Assembly: GCF_964355755.1 (NCBI RefSeq) | Contig: NC_092671.1 | Location: 36,900,304 to 36,964,303, forward strand | Origin: Antedon mediterranea | Lineage: Eukaryota > Animalia > Echinodermata | Length of the DNA: 64,000 nt | Direction of reading: 5' to 3' | Shown: one piece after another, positions 51,690-63,758 of the stretch | How positions within the stretch are numbered: the stretch's first letter is position 1 | Layout of the letters: each line of letters starts with the position of its first letter | Notes under the pieces: generated by a model | Told to the model about the DNA's origin: nothing | Database searches by the model: none | Seen by the model: only the letters and a program-made list of their open reading frames with translations | Program-made: the position numbers and the translations under genes

Positions 51690-53540
51690 ATAGGATACAT
51701 ATAATGTAATAATATAATAAATACAAGTTACATAGTTTATCATCTTGTTTTACAGAACCAATTTGGTGACACAGTTAAACACAGTGATAAAGAATAGATA
51801 CTGTTTTAGGTTATATAACCCTAACCCTAGTTTGAAGCGACATAATAAATCCATCGCGAAAAAGTACGTATCGTATTTAGAAACTTTTGAAATTTGTTAG
51901 ATATGTTTAATAGGTTCTTACGTCTATAAAACAAACAAAAAATATAAATTTCACAAAAAATTCGTGATTTTAATAATTTGCATTTCTAAAAATGTACACT
52001 TATGAAATACCATACATTTTCCAACACATTTTTACTTCATTGATGATTCCCAGAAATCAAAATAAAACAAATTATGATATTTCTTTTACATTATAGATGT
52101 AAGAACCTATATTGAACATGTACCAAATTTCAAACGTTTTTTAAGACGATACATATTTTTATCGATGAATTAAACATGTGATCGCTTCAAACTAGGGTTA
52201 GGGTTAAATAACCTAACAGTTCATTCTTTAACACTGTGTTTAACTTTTAACCAAATTGGTTTTAGTACAACACAATGATAAACTATGTACATTTTATTTT
52301 TCATATTACATTATAGGATACATATAATGTAATAATAATAAATACAAGTTACATAGTTTATCATCTTGTTTTACAGAACCAATTTGGTTACACAGTTAAA
52401 CACAATGATAAAGAATAGACACTGTTTTAGGTTATATAACTCTAACCCTAGTTTGAAGCGATCACATACTTAATTCATCGCGAAAAAATACGTATCGTAT
52501 TCAGAAACATTTGAAATTTGGTAAATATGTTCAATAGGTTCTTACGTCTATAAAACAAACAAAAAATAAAAGTTTCAAGACAAATTCGTGATTTTAATAA
52601 TTTGCATTTCTAAACATTTACACTTATGAAAGACAATACATTTCCAACACATTTTTACTTCATTGATGATTCTCAGAAATCAAAATAAAACTATTAGGAT
52701 ATTTCTTTTGCATTATAGATGTAAGAACCTATATTGAACATATCTACCAAATATCAAACGTTTTTCAAGACGATACGTATTTTTAGCGATGAATATTAAA
52801 TATGTGATCGCTTCAAACTAGGGTTAGGGTTAAATAAACTAAAACAGTTCTATTCTTTATCACTCACTGTGTTTAACTTTTAACCAAAATGGTTATAGTA
52901 AAACACAATGATAAACTTATATGTCAATTTTATTTTTCATAACATAAAATGTTTGATATTCTTTATAATATTTAATATTATATTTTAGGCCTACTATTAA
53001 TGACGTATAAATGCACACTACATCTGAAATAACTTTCTACTTCATTGGCGATTCTTACCAAAAAAAAGAACTAATTTTGTTATGTATATAGAGCAACCTA
53101 TTATAACATGTCTTGTATGATTTTTATCTCGTTTCAATGACATTTTATACTACAATTCAAATGAAAAAGCATCACAAAAAAATACGTCTGGTATTCAAAA
53201 AGTTTCTAAACTCGGTACACAGAAAAAAGGAAATGTTGAAAATGTATGGTCTTTCATAAGTGTGAATTTTTTGAAATGCAAATAATGGAAATCATCGATT
53301 TGTCTTGAAATTTATAATTTGTTTTGTCTTATTGAACATATCTATACAAAATTTCAAACGTTTCTGAATACGATACGTTTTTTTTCTCGATGAATTTATA
53401 ATGTCGCTTCAAACTAGAGGGTAGGGTAGTAACCTAACAAGTATCTATTCTTTATCACTATGTTTAACTGTGTAACCATATTGGTTCTAATAAAAAACAA
53501 TGATAAACTATGTAAATTGTATGTTTCATATATTACATTT
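51690..53540. repeat. Tandem ~620-bp palindromic modules plus an inverted half copy
   Basis: Modules at ~51690-52310 and ~52315-52935 each have ~200-bp inverted arms (aaccctaaccctagtttgaagcga ... tcgcttcaaactagggttagggtt); ~53225-53540 is a reverse complement of ~51700-52035. Confidence 0.85.
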
Positions 53541-53855
53541 TTGCCAAAAAAAATTATTGGGAATGTCAAATTTCTTTTTCATGACATATATCTACAAATT
53601 TCAGAAGCTTTTGAGTACGAGTATTTTACGCGATGTTTTTTTATCCTCATTTTAATATTTTGGTAATGTAATTCACATAAAGTTTTGTATCCAAAAATTG
53701 TTTATTCTTGGGTAGAAATGAGGAAATAAATAGTATTCCTGTATAATATAATAATCAATAATAAAGTATAAAAAAAAGTGTTGTGTAAACGAACGTTTTT
53801 TACGCTTCGAATTTTCTGTTACATTATGTTTGAATTGAAGCTACAGATATTGAAT

Positions 53856-53890
53856 CATGGACCTATAAATTAGTAATTTATAGGTCCATG
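53856..53890. mobile_element. Probable P-type transposon excision footprint (17+1+17 nt)
   Basis: CATGGACCTATAAATTA-G-TAATTTATAGGTCCATG flanked by ATTGAAT / ATTGAAC. Confidence 0.6.
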
Positions 53891-54138
53891 ATTGAACATA
53901 TCGTCACTCACCACACATTTTTTGTTTTGTATTTCGAAAGTATTTATTCTAAAGAACAATTGATGCAAACATCAACTGCGTATCTTATTTCATTAATTAA
54001 TTATATTAATTATAATTTGGTGATTATTCGTCACACGAAGAGTCGAATATCGATTCGTCTCGTCATGGGAAGAAAACGTGCATTGCGTACACTGTTTACG
54101 CGCCTCAACAATAAACGGCGAATATGCGATTCGTCACT

Positions 54139-55093
54139 TATGGAACGCCGTTTTACACAAGTTTTTGGCGATGATAAAAATTGCGTCGATGATGAAATTG
54201 CGTCGATGAAAATTGCATCGACGCAATGTAGATTGCGTCGATGCAATGTAGATTGCGTCGAGGCAATTTACATTGCGTCGATGAAAATTGCATCGATGAA
54301 AATTGCGTCGATGAAAATTGCGTCGATGAAAACTGCATCGATGAAAATTGCGTCGATGAAAACTGCATCGATGAAAATTGATGTGATGAATTTAATTGAT
54401 TATGAAAATTCCAAATGGTTTTAATTCAATCAATGATGAAAATGACTACTAGTAAAGTAAATGATGATGTTAATAATGATGTTAATAATGTTATTATGTT
54501 GCTAAAAATTGACGGTTTCTGAATATTTTGATATGATAAACATGTTTACCGCTTGCGCTAGCGCGCGTTATAGACAAGCGCACAGTGATCGCGCACTAAA
54601 ACAATGTTGAAATATATGCACTGATTAACATTTTAGTGATTTATTGTCAACACATTTTAGCAATGGATCCATTATTGTCCTTTCGGACACATTATATCTT
54701 CTAGCTAATTGCTTCCGTTAATCCACCAGTTCAGTACATAAAATCCAGATGTCCAGCATCCATGACATCATATTCAAATCATACCGGCAGGGAGATCGAA
54801 ATTTTCATCGATGAAAACTGCATCGATGAAAATTATTTTTTTTTTTCATCGATGCAGTTTTCATCGATGCAGTTTTCATCGACGCAATTTTCATCGACGC
54901 AATTTTCATCACATTAACGCAATTTTCATCACATTAACGCAATTTTCATTACATCGACGCAATTTTCATCGACGCAATGTTCATCACATCATTACATCAA
55001 TACTATATTCATCGACGCAATTTTCATCACATCGACGCAATTTTCATTGCATCATCGACGCGATTTTATCATCGCCTAAACTGGCATTCCATA
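54139..55093. mobile_element. Foldback-type element with inverted arrays of a 15-bp repeat
   Basis: Termini TATGGAACGCC.GTTT / AAACTGGCATTCCATA; left array (cgtcgatgaaaattg)n at ~54170-54380, right array (caattttcatcgacg)n at ~54800-55075; possible 2-bp TSD CT. Confidence 0.75.
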
Positions 55094-55434
55094 CTAATTG
55101 CGTGTGATCTGATTGGTGTATTATAAATAAATTCATCGCGATGAATTTTTCAGTAGATGTAATGAGACAGTTCAGTAGATGTAATGACAGTTAATTTAAT
55201 TGTTCTGCTCTTTTTGTACAAATCTATACTACTTTATATTATGGATTTTGTAGTACTGTTAAAATTATTAAATCTCTGGAAGTGTGTTTTACGAGTATGT
55301 CCGCAAATTTATGCGTTTACGGTTTTAAAATGTGAGTTTTAAATAGCGAACATGATCTTGTTAGGTGCACTACGCACGCAGTATTCCAAAATGTCTTACT
55401 AATTGGGAGAAAATCATATTGTATCATATCATAT

Positions 55435-56712
55435 TATATCCATTCTTTAAATTCATATTCTTTATCCAAAACTAAATTGGTATAGTAAAACACAGTGCTA
55501 GCAATTTATCATATTATTAAATGTTTCATATTCTTTATCATTGTGTTTTACTCTAATCAAATTGGTATAGTAAAACACAGTGCTAAATTGCTATGTGAAT
55601 GTCATTTATCATATTTTTAAATGTTTCCTATTCTTTATCATTGTGCTTTACCATAACCAAATTGGTTATAGTAAAACACAGTGCTAAATTGCTATGTAAA
55701 TGTTATTATCATATTATTAAATTCCTATTCTTTATCATTGTGTTTTACTCTAACCAAATTGGTTATAGTAAAACACAGTGATAAATTGCTATGTAAATGT
55801 AATTTATCATGTTATTAAATGTTTCCTATTCTTTATCGTTGAGTTTTACTCTAATCAAATTGGTTATAGTAAAACACAGTGCTAAATTGCTATGTAAATG
55901 TTATATATCATATTATTAAATGTTTCCTATTCTTTATCATTGTGTTTTACTCTAATCTGATTGGTTATAGTAAAACACAGTGCTAAATTGCTATGTGAAT
56001 GTCATTTATCATGTTATTAAATGTTTCCTATTCTTTATCATTGTGCTTTACTCTAACCAAATTGGTTATAGTAAAACACAGTGCTAAATTGCTATGTTTT
56101 ATCATTGTGTTTTACTCTAACCAAATTGGTTATAGTAAAACACAGTGATAAATTGCTATGTAAATGTAATTTATCATGTTATTAAATGTTTCCTATTCTT
56201 TATCATTGTGTTTTACTCTAATCAAATTGGTTATAGTAAAACACAGTGCTAAATTGCTATGTAAATGTTATATATCATATTATTAAATGTTTCTTATTCT
56301 TTATCATTGTGTTTTACTCTAATCTGATTGGTTATAGTAAAACACAGTGCTAAATTGCTATGTGAATGTCATTTATCATGTTATTAAATGTTTCCTATTC
56401 TTTATCATTGTGCTTTACTCTAACCAAATTGGTTATAGTAAAACACAGTGCTAAATTGCTAAATGTCATTTATCATGTTATTAAATGTTTCTTATTCTTT
56501 ATCATTGTGTTTTACTCTAACCAAATTGGTTATAGTAAAACACAGTGCTAAATTGCTATGTAAATGTAATTTATCATATTATTAAATGTTTCCTATTCTT
56601 TATCATTGTGTTTTACTCTAACCAAATTGGTTATAATTTATTTAATTTCATTTCAAAAGACATTTACCTAAATTGCTATTTAATTATAGTAAAACACTGT
56701 GCTAAATTGCTA
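55435..56712 (-). repeat. Same ~100-bp satellite in inverted orientation, about 12 copies (right arm of the foldback)
   Basis: The asymmetric part reads gtgctaaattgctatgtaaatgtcatttatcatattattaaatgtttcctattctttatc, the reverse complement of the left array. Confidence 0.95.
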
Positions 56713-56749
56713 TTGTATTAAGGACGAGTTCCGAGAAGATGTATTCAAA

Positions 56750-57045
56750 GCTACAACCAATCAGAACAGTGTTAATCAATATAGTCCATGGCTACAGCCA
56801 ATCAGAAACGTCCAAATCGCAATAACCCCTAGGCTAATAGAAATTATTGGTCCGAGTAGCCTTTTCAACCAGACGTTGCGAGGTTTAAAAAGTAAAACAT
56901 GATTTACTCGCCAGTTTGGTTTAGTTTATATACCTGCGTGATCGCGGAAATTCACATCGTTTATTATTGCCTTTTTTGGTTGGTTTTTATGCCATTTATA
57001 ATTCATAAAAAACACGGTTAACGGGATGGGAATTCATTTTTAAAT
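56750..57045 (+). promoter_or_regulatory. Putative RALBP1 promoter and non-coding first exon
   Basis: Two CCAATCAG boxes (~56757, ~56798), donor AAT|gtaagc at 57045/57046, and acceptor ttgcag at 57502 just before the ATG exon. Confidence 0.45.
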
Positions 57046-57549
57046 GTAAGCCTCAGAAATAGTTTATATCATTGATTAATTGGTTAGGCTAAAGGTAATC
57101 TAGGCAGTATGGAAAGGCTGGCTACCCTGGCTAAGCTAAAAGAAGGCTAGCCTAGCTTTTATTTTTTAGTTAGTTAGGGTAGTACTGTACTATAGTAGGC
57201 TAGGGTAGGTTTTGTTTTGATGTCAGTCCAGAGACAGAGAGAGGAGTATGACTATGACTATGAGTGAGTGAGGTGTCACAATTGAAACGTCATAGGCCTA
57301 ACCATTACTATAAGTACAGAATAGTTGAGGAGTAGGCCTAGCTAGCTAGGCTAGGCTAGATGGATAATATTAGTGACGACAAAAGATTCAGCAGACTTGC
57401 TTATAATTGAATATTTGTTTATATTTATATTTTTAAATGATTGCTTACAATTAATTTTACAAGCCTACTTAATAAAAAAAAAAATTCATTGATTACTTGC
57501 AGATCACAGAAAACTCTACTAAAACCTGTTATACTTGTACGGTATAAAG

Positions 57550-60500
57550 ATGGCTGACGACCGTGTGATGGAACCGGATGTGCCATCACAGACATCAACC
57601 TGTCCAGATGATGAGGATGATGATAGTTTTAGTGGTACCGTATTGTTGACTTTAATATTGTGTTCAATCAATGCAATCTAACAACCGGACACTGAGCTCG
57701 CCGTTCCAAGATAGGAACTCGTAACAGTCCACATATTCTCCGCGCGGCGGCATGCAGTGTCTGTTAAGAGGAGTTGGACTGATTGTGTCACAGCCACAGA
57801 TAAACCCTTTGATCTCTGGAGCTCAGCATTCTGTTTGCATTCGATTGCATTGGTTCAATAAAACATACTACAATGCAGGGCGGATCCAGCATTATATAGA
57901 TTATGGGGGTGGGAGAAAAATAAAAATAGTAATTATTTTATTTCAAAAACGCATGGCTGTTAGATTTTAGGGTGGGATAAAGCCTGTTTAGACCCCACCT
58001 AAATCCGCGCCAGTTCACTATGGCCGCATATATTAGTGCCTTTCAAGACAAGACCTTGAAGTTTCCAGAATTACTTTTAAAATGTTCTTTTTAAATATGA
58101 TTTAAACAATATTTTTTTTTATAGCCGAGTCAGAATTGGCAGATGCGGAACCACTAAAGGGACGCAGGCTTGATGGTAAAGGGAAGAAAAAAGAACGAGG
58201 GTACAAAACATTTGAGGAAGACGAGACGTCCACAGATGGTGGAACCCCAGATAAGTTAGTATTTAGAACAATTAATTATGAGTATTAAAAATATTTACAG
58301 TAAATGTAAAAATCAAAAAATAATATTTGATTTGTTGATAACTAAAACTAAGAATACAGTATATTAACAAAAAATGTTTTTTAATAGTTTTATCCCAATA
58401 CTACTGTATATTTCATGATACTGTACTGTATTGTCCAAAATGTTAACAAGTTTGTGTTCAAATACAATAATATGTTGTGTTTTTCTAATAACTTGCTTTC
58501 TTTAACCTCATGCTGAGTATCTAAGTACAGTTTATCCACATAATTTTCAAGAGATTGGCTTTAGCTTGTGTTTTTCTCATTTATCTGCTACCCAACAACA
58601 CACTTTTTTATTTGTGTAATTTATATGTAATACTAATTGACAATTTTACACTTTATTTAGTAGAGCAAAACTTACAAAAAAATCCAGCTTCTTTCGGATA
58701 GGGTTCCAAAAACCGAAAGTTAAAGAAAAAGACAAAGAAAAGCAAAAGGAGAAACAGAAACCAAAAGCAAAGGATAGAAGTAAAGAGAAAGAAAAAGAAC
58801 GAAAAGTGTCAAAATCGAAAGAAGGAGGAAGATCAAGAAGCAAAAGTAAAGATAATAAAGACACAAAAATTAAGAAACAGTCTTCAACTGCTGGATTAGA
58901 ATCACAATCAACTGAACCAGGTGGGTCATTATTTATCAGTACCAGGTGGTAATATTTGAATATTGATCTCAGCAACCCAATGTGTCGTAAGGCAGGAGAC
59001 AAAGGCACTGGTTTAGCACTCCTTAAGCTCTGTCTACACTTTCAAACTAGTTAGACTAAAAAGTGATAGTACCCAACTATGATAGTGATAATGACATCAT
59101 CATGTCTGTTTATTACCACATTACATTTTTTGTCACATAAAGTTTGATAGTGTAGACAGAGCTTTACACTTATTTTATTAATTTATATATATATATATGT
59201 ATCAAACCTGTTAGTGGCGGTAATTATCGCTGTTGGTTTCGATTAAATAAAAAAAAAAAATTAAAAAAAAAAATATTATTATAACCTAGTTTAAACTTTT
59301 GCTTCTCTGCTTGTTTTTTTTCTAGTTGAGCCACGCCCTGTTTTTGGCGTGGACTTGGTGTTGGCAGTTGATCGGTCCAATCCACATGATGGTATACAAC
59401 TCCCCCTTATTGTAAGAGATTGCATTGATTATATTGAAGCAAATGGTATGTTGTTTTTCATTTTCTAAATACAAAATTTTTAAAATAAGTTATGAAAATA
59501 TGTGTATTCCTAAATTTTTTTTTAATATTAAAATTTAGGGATGTATGTTGAGGGTATCTACCGGCTTTCGGGTGTAAAATCGAGGATAGACGCTCTTCGT
59601 ACTGCGTATGACACAGCGGGTGAAGATGTTGACCTGACGGACCAGGATCCACACATCGTGGCTGGATTGTTAAAACTCTTTTTACGAGAACTTCCAGAAC
59701 CACTGTTAACCCAACGAATTATGCTGTCTCTGGAAGAAGCCTCAAGTATTTATGATTTATAAACAAATTAACAAATCAAATAGAAGCAAAGAGAACTATA
59801 AAATACCAAATTAGAGAATATTAAAATAAAATAAAAAAATAAAATAAAAAAATAGTGTGGTTATATTAAAACGATATATAATTAATAATCGCACAAGAGA
59901 AAAATACAAATAATGATTTTTTGCTTGCTTTTAAGAAATTCCTGACAACAAAGTTAAAATTCAAAAGTTTCGTGGTGCTATCAACTTATTGCCAGTTTGT
60001 AATAGGACACTGCTGTCATGGGTCATAGTTCATATGGCCCACGTCATAGGCAACGTAAGTAGACTAAACCCTTGTCCACATTATCAAAGTTTATGTGACC
60101 AAAAAAAATGTGATGTGCCCATATATGGTCATGATGATGTCATCACTACCATATTTTGGCATATCACTACCATGCTTGGGCACATCACACTTTTTTTGTC
60201 AAACTATTTTGATGGTGTAGACAGAGCTTTAAATTGAAAGCGTGAATTTATTTCCAAATCTTTTCTAGTTATGTACTTGCTGTTTGAACATGTGTTAAAA
60301 TAAATTTAAAGATTAACTATTTTCCGTAATTTATTTTTGTTAGGAAATTGAAACTAAGATGAATCTTCAGAACATATCCATTGTTCTTTGCCCTACACTT
60401 CACATCAGCCATCGTGTGCTCAATGTCTTCTTTACTTTTTGGCGTGACATATTTGGAGATGTAGTTCTCAAAAAGTAAGTCACAATTTTTCTTTAATATC

Positions 60501-63500
60501 ATAATTTCCAATTTTAAGAGGAAAAACATTCTGACCTATAAAGCAGTTCATAAAACTCATTAGGACCAAAATATTTCATAAGCTAAAGCTCTTCTACACT
60601 ATCAGTGTGTGCATAAATATGGTAGTGATATGACATCATGTCCATACTGTATATGGGCACATTTTTTGTCAAACTAGTTGATAGTGTAGACAAAGCTTAA
60701 AGTATTGTAGATCTTTAGAGGGCATTCAAGGACTACATTTATTGAATGCTGTTCAGCTATGTTTATTGGTATTTAATAATCAAAACAAATCCTCTGTTAA
60801 GCTATGTCTACACTATCAAACTTTATGTGAAAAAAAAAGTGTGATGTGCCCATATATGGACATGATGATGTCATATCACTACCATATTGGGGTATATCAC
60901 TATCATATTTGGGCACATCACATTTTTTTGATAAACTAGTATGATAGTGTAGAAAGATCTTTAAATTATGATATGTTATTGAATCCTGCTGTTGTAATAT
61001 TCTTGATATATTAATGTTGTGAAATTCCTTCCCAGAATGAAATCAAAATTCTTGTCTGTATCTGCACCATAGTGTTTGTGTATCATCAACATTTAAAATG
61101 ACTGTGTTTGTTATTATTATGTTGTACCCTGAGAAATAAGAAGTTAACATTCAAGATACAAAATGCATTCTAGAAGCTTGTTAAACTTTATCTTTGAAAA
61201 ACTTGTCATATAAACTATTATTAACAATTTTATTTCTTTCTCTCTTCATTTAAATATCATAGAATTATCTTTCAGTCACAGGATTTTCCCCTAAGCTTTA
61301 ACCTAGTAAAACAATTAATCATCAAACACGTATGACTTACTTGAAAATTAATATTTAAATGGAAAGAATAATTAAATTTTAATTGTCCAGCATCTTATAG
61401 ACAGTTTGATATCCCAAATTTCATACATACATGCAAATGTAGTGCTTTAGCTGTTTGTTGTTCAGTACAACTGTACCATTTTACTGTACTTTTTCTTTTA
61501 TCTGGTGGCTTCTAAATTGGGAGAGGGTGGGTGCGGAGGGATTCCTTTCTACCCTATAGATATACGTTTTATCTTGTATTGTCTTGTTCGCATCTTCATT
61601 GTTGACTCACTCTTTCACATCACACAACTAGAGTCAAAAGACGACTTCGATGGCGCTCTTCTCGAACATCTCTCGAGCTCCCAGACAGTTCATTGTAAGT
61701 CATCTCTAACCCTTTGCTTCCTTCTATTCTAATCATGCCTAATGTTTATTCATTACTTCATGTCAAAGTTCATGCTTGTTTCTTAGCAGAGGCTTAATTG
61801 TGGGAGATGTGTATCTTAGCTTTCATGTTTTGTACTATCTGTTATAGTTCTCCTGTTGTATTTTTTAGCAAATTTTCTTGGCCTAGGTTAACTTACTGTA
61901 ATATTTATTAATGCAGATTGCATGTTTGTTGTAAATTGTTTGTGACGTCTTGTTTTGTGTACTGATTTTGTGTACCTGTTGTCTAAATGTTAAATGTCTG
62001 TGATGAATTTTTTGGTTAATACTGTAGATAGCATTGCAATTTTTAACAAAAAATATTACTTTTTATATCAAGCTAACAACAGCCAACACAACAATAATTT
62101 TCATTTAGCACAGAAACAAATTTTTTTTATAGAGTGTGGTTGATTGATTGCATATTATTTTATAGGTTAAATAACAAATAAATCGTATAATTTTGTTTAC
62201 AGCAGCAAATGCAACCGGTTATATTTAGGTCAGGTTTATTAATGAGGACTGGACGTTGCGTGGAAAAGTGCCTTACTGTGGACAGAGTGGGTTAGTGGGG
62301 ACAGGGTGTTAGTTGAGACAGACTGTTAGTGGGGACATGAACTAAAATTGTCTTGTTAGTTTCACTACTTTAAAGTTGAGAGTTTTAAGAAATTTAGTTC
62401 AATATTTTACAATGATTTCAAAAACAAAAAATGAAGCTGCAATTAATAAGATTTTTACCAATATAATTGCAGTCCTAACTAGGTTTAAACAAACCTTTTT
62501 TTACTGTTAAAAATATTATAATAAATGATTCGAGATACAGTACTTAATAATATAGTATTGATAATCGTGCAGTGTATTCCATATTTATAGTTCTGTTCTG
62601 AGTTAACAATAAGCTAAGGTGAATCTTAATTTTTAGGAAAAATTGGCGGTTTAGAATTAATGTTCTTTGCCTCTGGTGTTTATATATATAAATAATAATA
62701 AATCCAAAGGCAAATTACTGAAAAAATGACAATGCTGTGGGTATCAGTGACTGGGGCTCAATGGAGATACAAATAAAATAAGCACTGAAAAATGACAATG
62801 CTGTGGGTATCAGTGGCTGGATCTCAAATGGATACAAATAAAATAAGCACTAACAAATGACAATTCTGTGGGTATCAGTGGCTGGATTTCAATGGAGATA
62901 AAAATAAAATTAAGCAAAAAGCTAAATGGAAAACAACCAGAAAGTAATATAATAAACATTAGGTGAAAATCTTGTTTCACATATTTTGTTATTATAAATT
63001 TAATATGTCAGAATTGGAACACTTGCATTGGTATGTCTTTTGCACATAGTGTATTTTATAAATAACTAATTAATATCATTTATGCATATTTTAATAATGC
63101 TAACACACGGCACCGGTGGGATTTGTAGTGAATGTTAACTAGAATATTTAGGATTTAATAAAAAATAATATAAAATAAGATATCTTTATTTTGACACATA
63201 TCATTGAGGCACTTTTTGATATTATGCACCCGTTTGATTCTATATTTTAAAATGTGTATTTGCAGCTAGCTAAATATTATAATTAAAACAAAACAATATA
63301 GTTAAAAAAAGACAACACTAAGCATGTTCTGTTAATTAAACAGCAGAAAGAAACATTTTAATTTTTTGACATTTCTTTTAAGAAATTACTGTATTAATTC
63401 CAATAATGTATTAAAAAAATGTATTTGCACATTTTTTATAATCTAGACTAGGGCTAGTCCTATTTATTTTCAAATCAAATGTTTTATTAAAAAAAGAAAA

Positions 63501-63758
63501 TATTTGAATATCATCTGTATTAGACTCTTCTAAAAAACTTAGCCATGTCTATTAAACACTGTTCTTTTGGTTTTGTGGATATTATAAATAAAATTGTCCA
63601 TTTTGCTTACAAATTTCCCTAAGTTGTATTTGTGCTTAGAGCTTCTAAATGGCAAATAATTGAATTATTTATACAGGATTTTGGAAGAAGAGCTAAATAA
63701 ACAAGAAGCAATCTTGTCTGAAATGCATGAACGTGTAAATAAAGGAACGGCTGATAAG
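57550..63758 (+). CDS. RALBP1: RalA-binding protein 1 (RLIP76, RhoGAP plus Ral-binding domain); 5' part, gene continues off the right edge
   Basis: Exons: 57550-57634, 58125-58254, 58661-58920, 59326-59445, 59539-59745, 59936-60054, 60344-60474, 61632-61694, 63677-63758. Motifs: RGYKTFEED, Lys-rich block, PVFGVDL..DGIQLPLIVRDCIDYIE, EGIYRLSGVKS (arginine finger), LLSWVIVHMAHVI, ETKMNLQNISIVLCPT, LRW..LELP, EEELNKQEAIL. Confidence 0.93.
59026..59163. mobile_element. MITE family A copy (RALBP1 intron)
   Basis: Same TIRs as family A; TSD TTA. Confidence 0.85.
60067..60228. mobile_element. MITE family A copy, about 12 nt from a RALBP1 donor site
   Basis: Same TIRs and internal sequence as family A. 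Confidence 0.8.
62717..62912. repeat. ~66-bp tandem repeat, 3 copies (RALBP1 intron)
   Basis: Unit contains aaatgacaatgctgtgggtatcagtg.ctgg..tcaatggagatacaaataaaataagc. Confidence 0.85.

Noticed and set aside
51817-52832. Interstitial telomere or chromosome fusion site
   Set aside because: Only two TTAGGG units per site, embedded in a repeated module.
53888-55107. ORFs with MKIAS and HRRNF repeats
   Set aside because: They are translations of the 15-bp repeat arrays of the foldback element.
58646-59008. Antisense ORFs over coding exons (also 12806-12997, 28762-29114, 29681-30022, 37321-37740)
   Set aside because: Shadow ORFs opposite real exons, with biased Ser/Phe/Leu composition.
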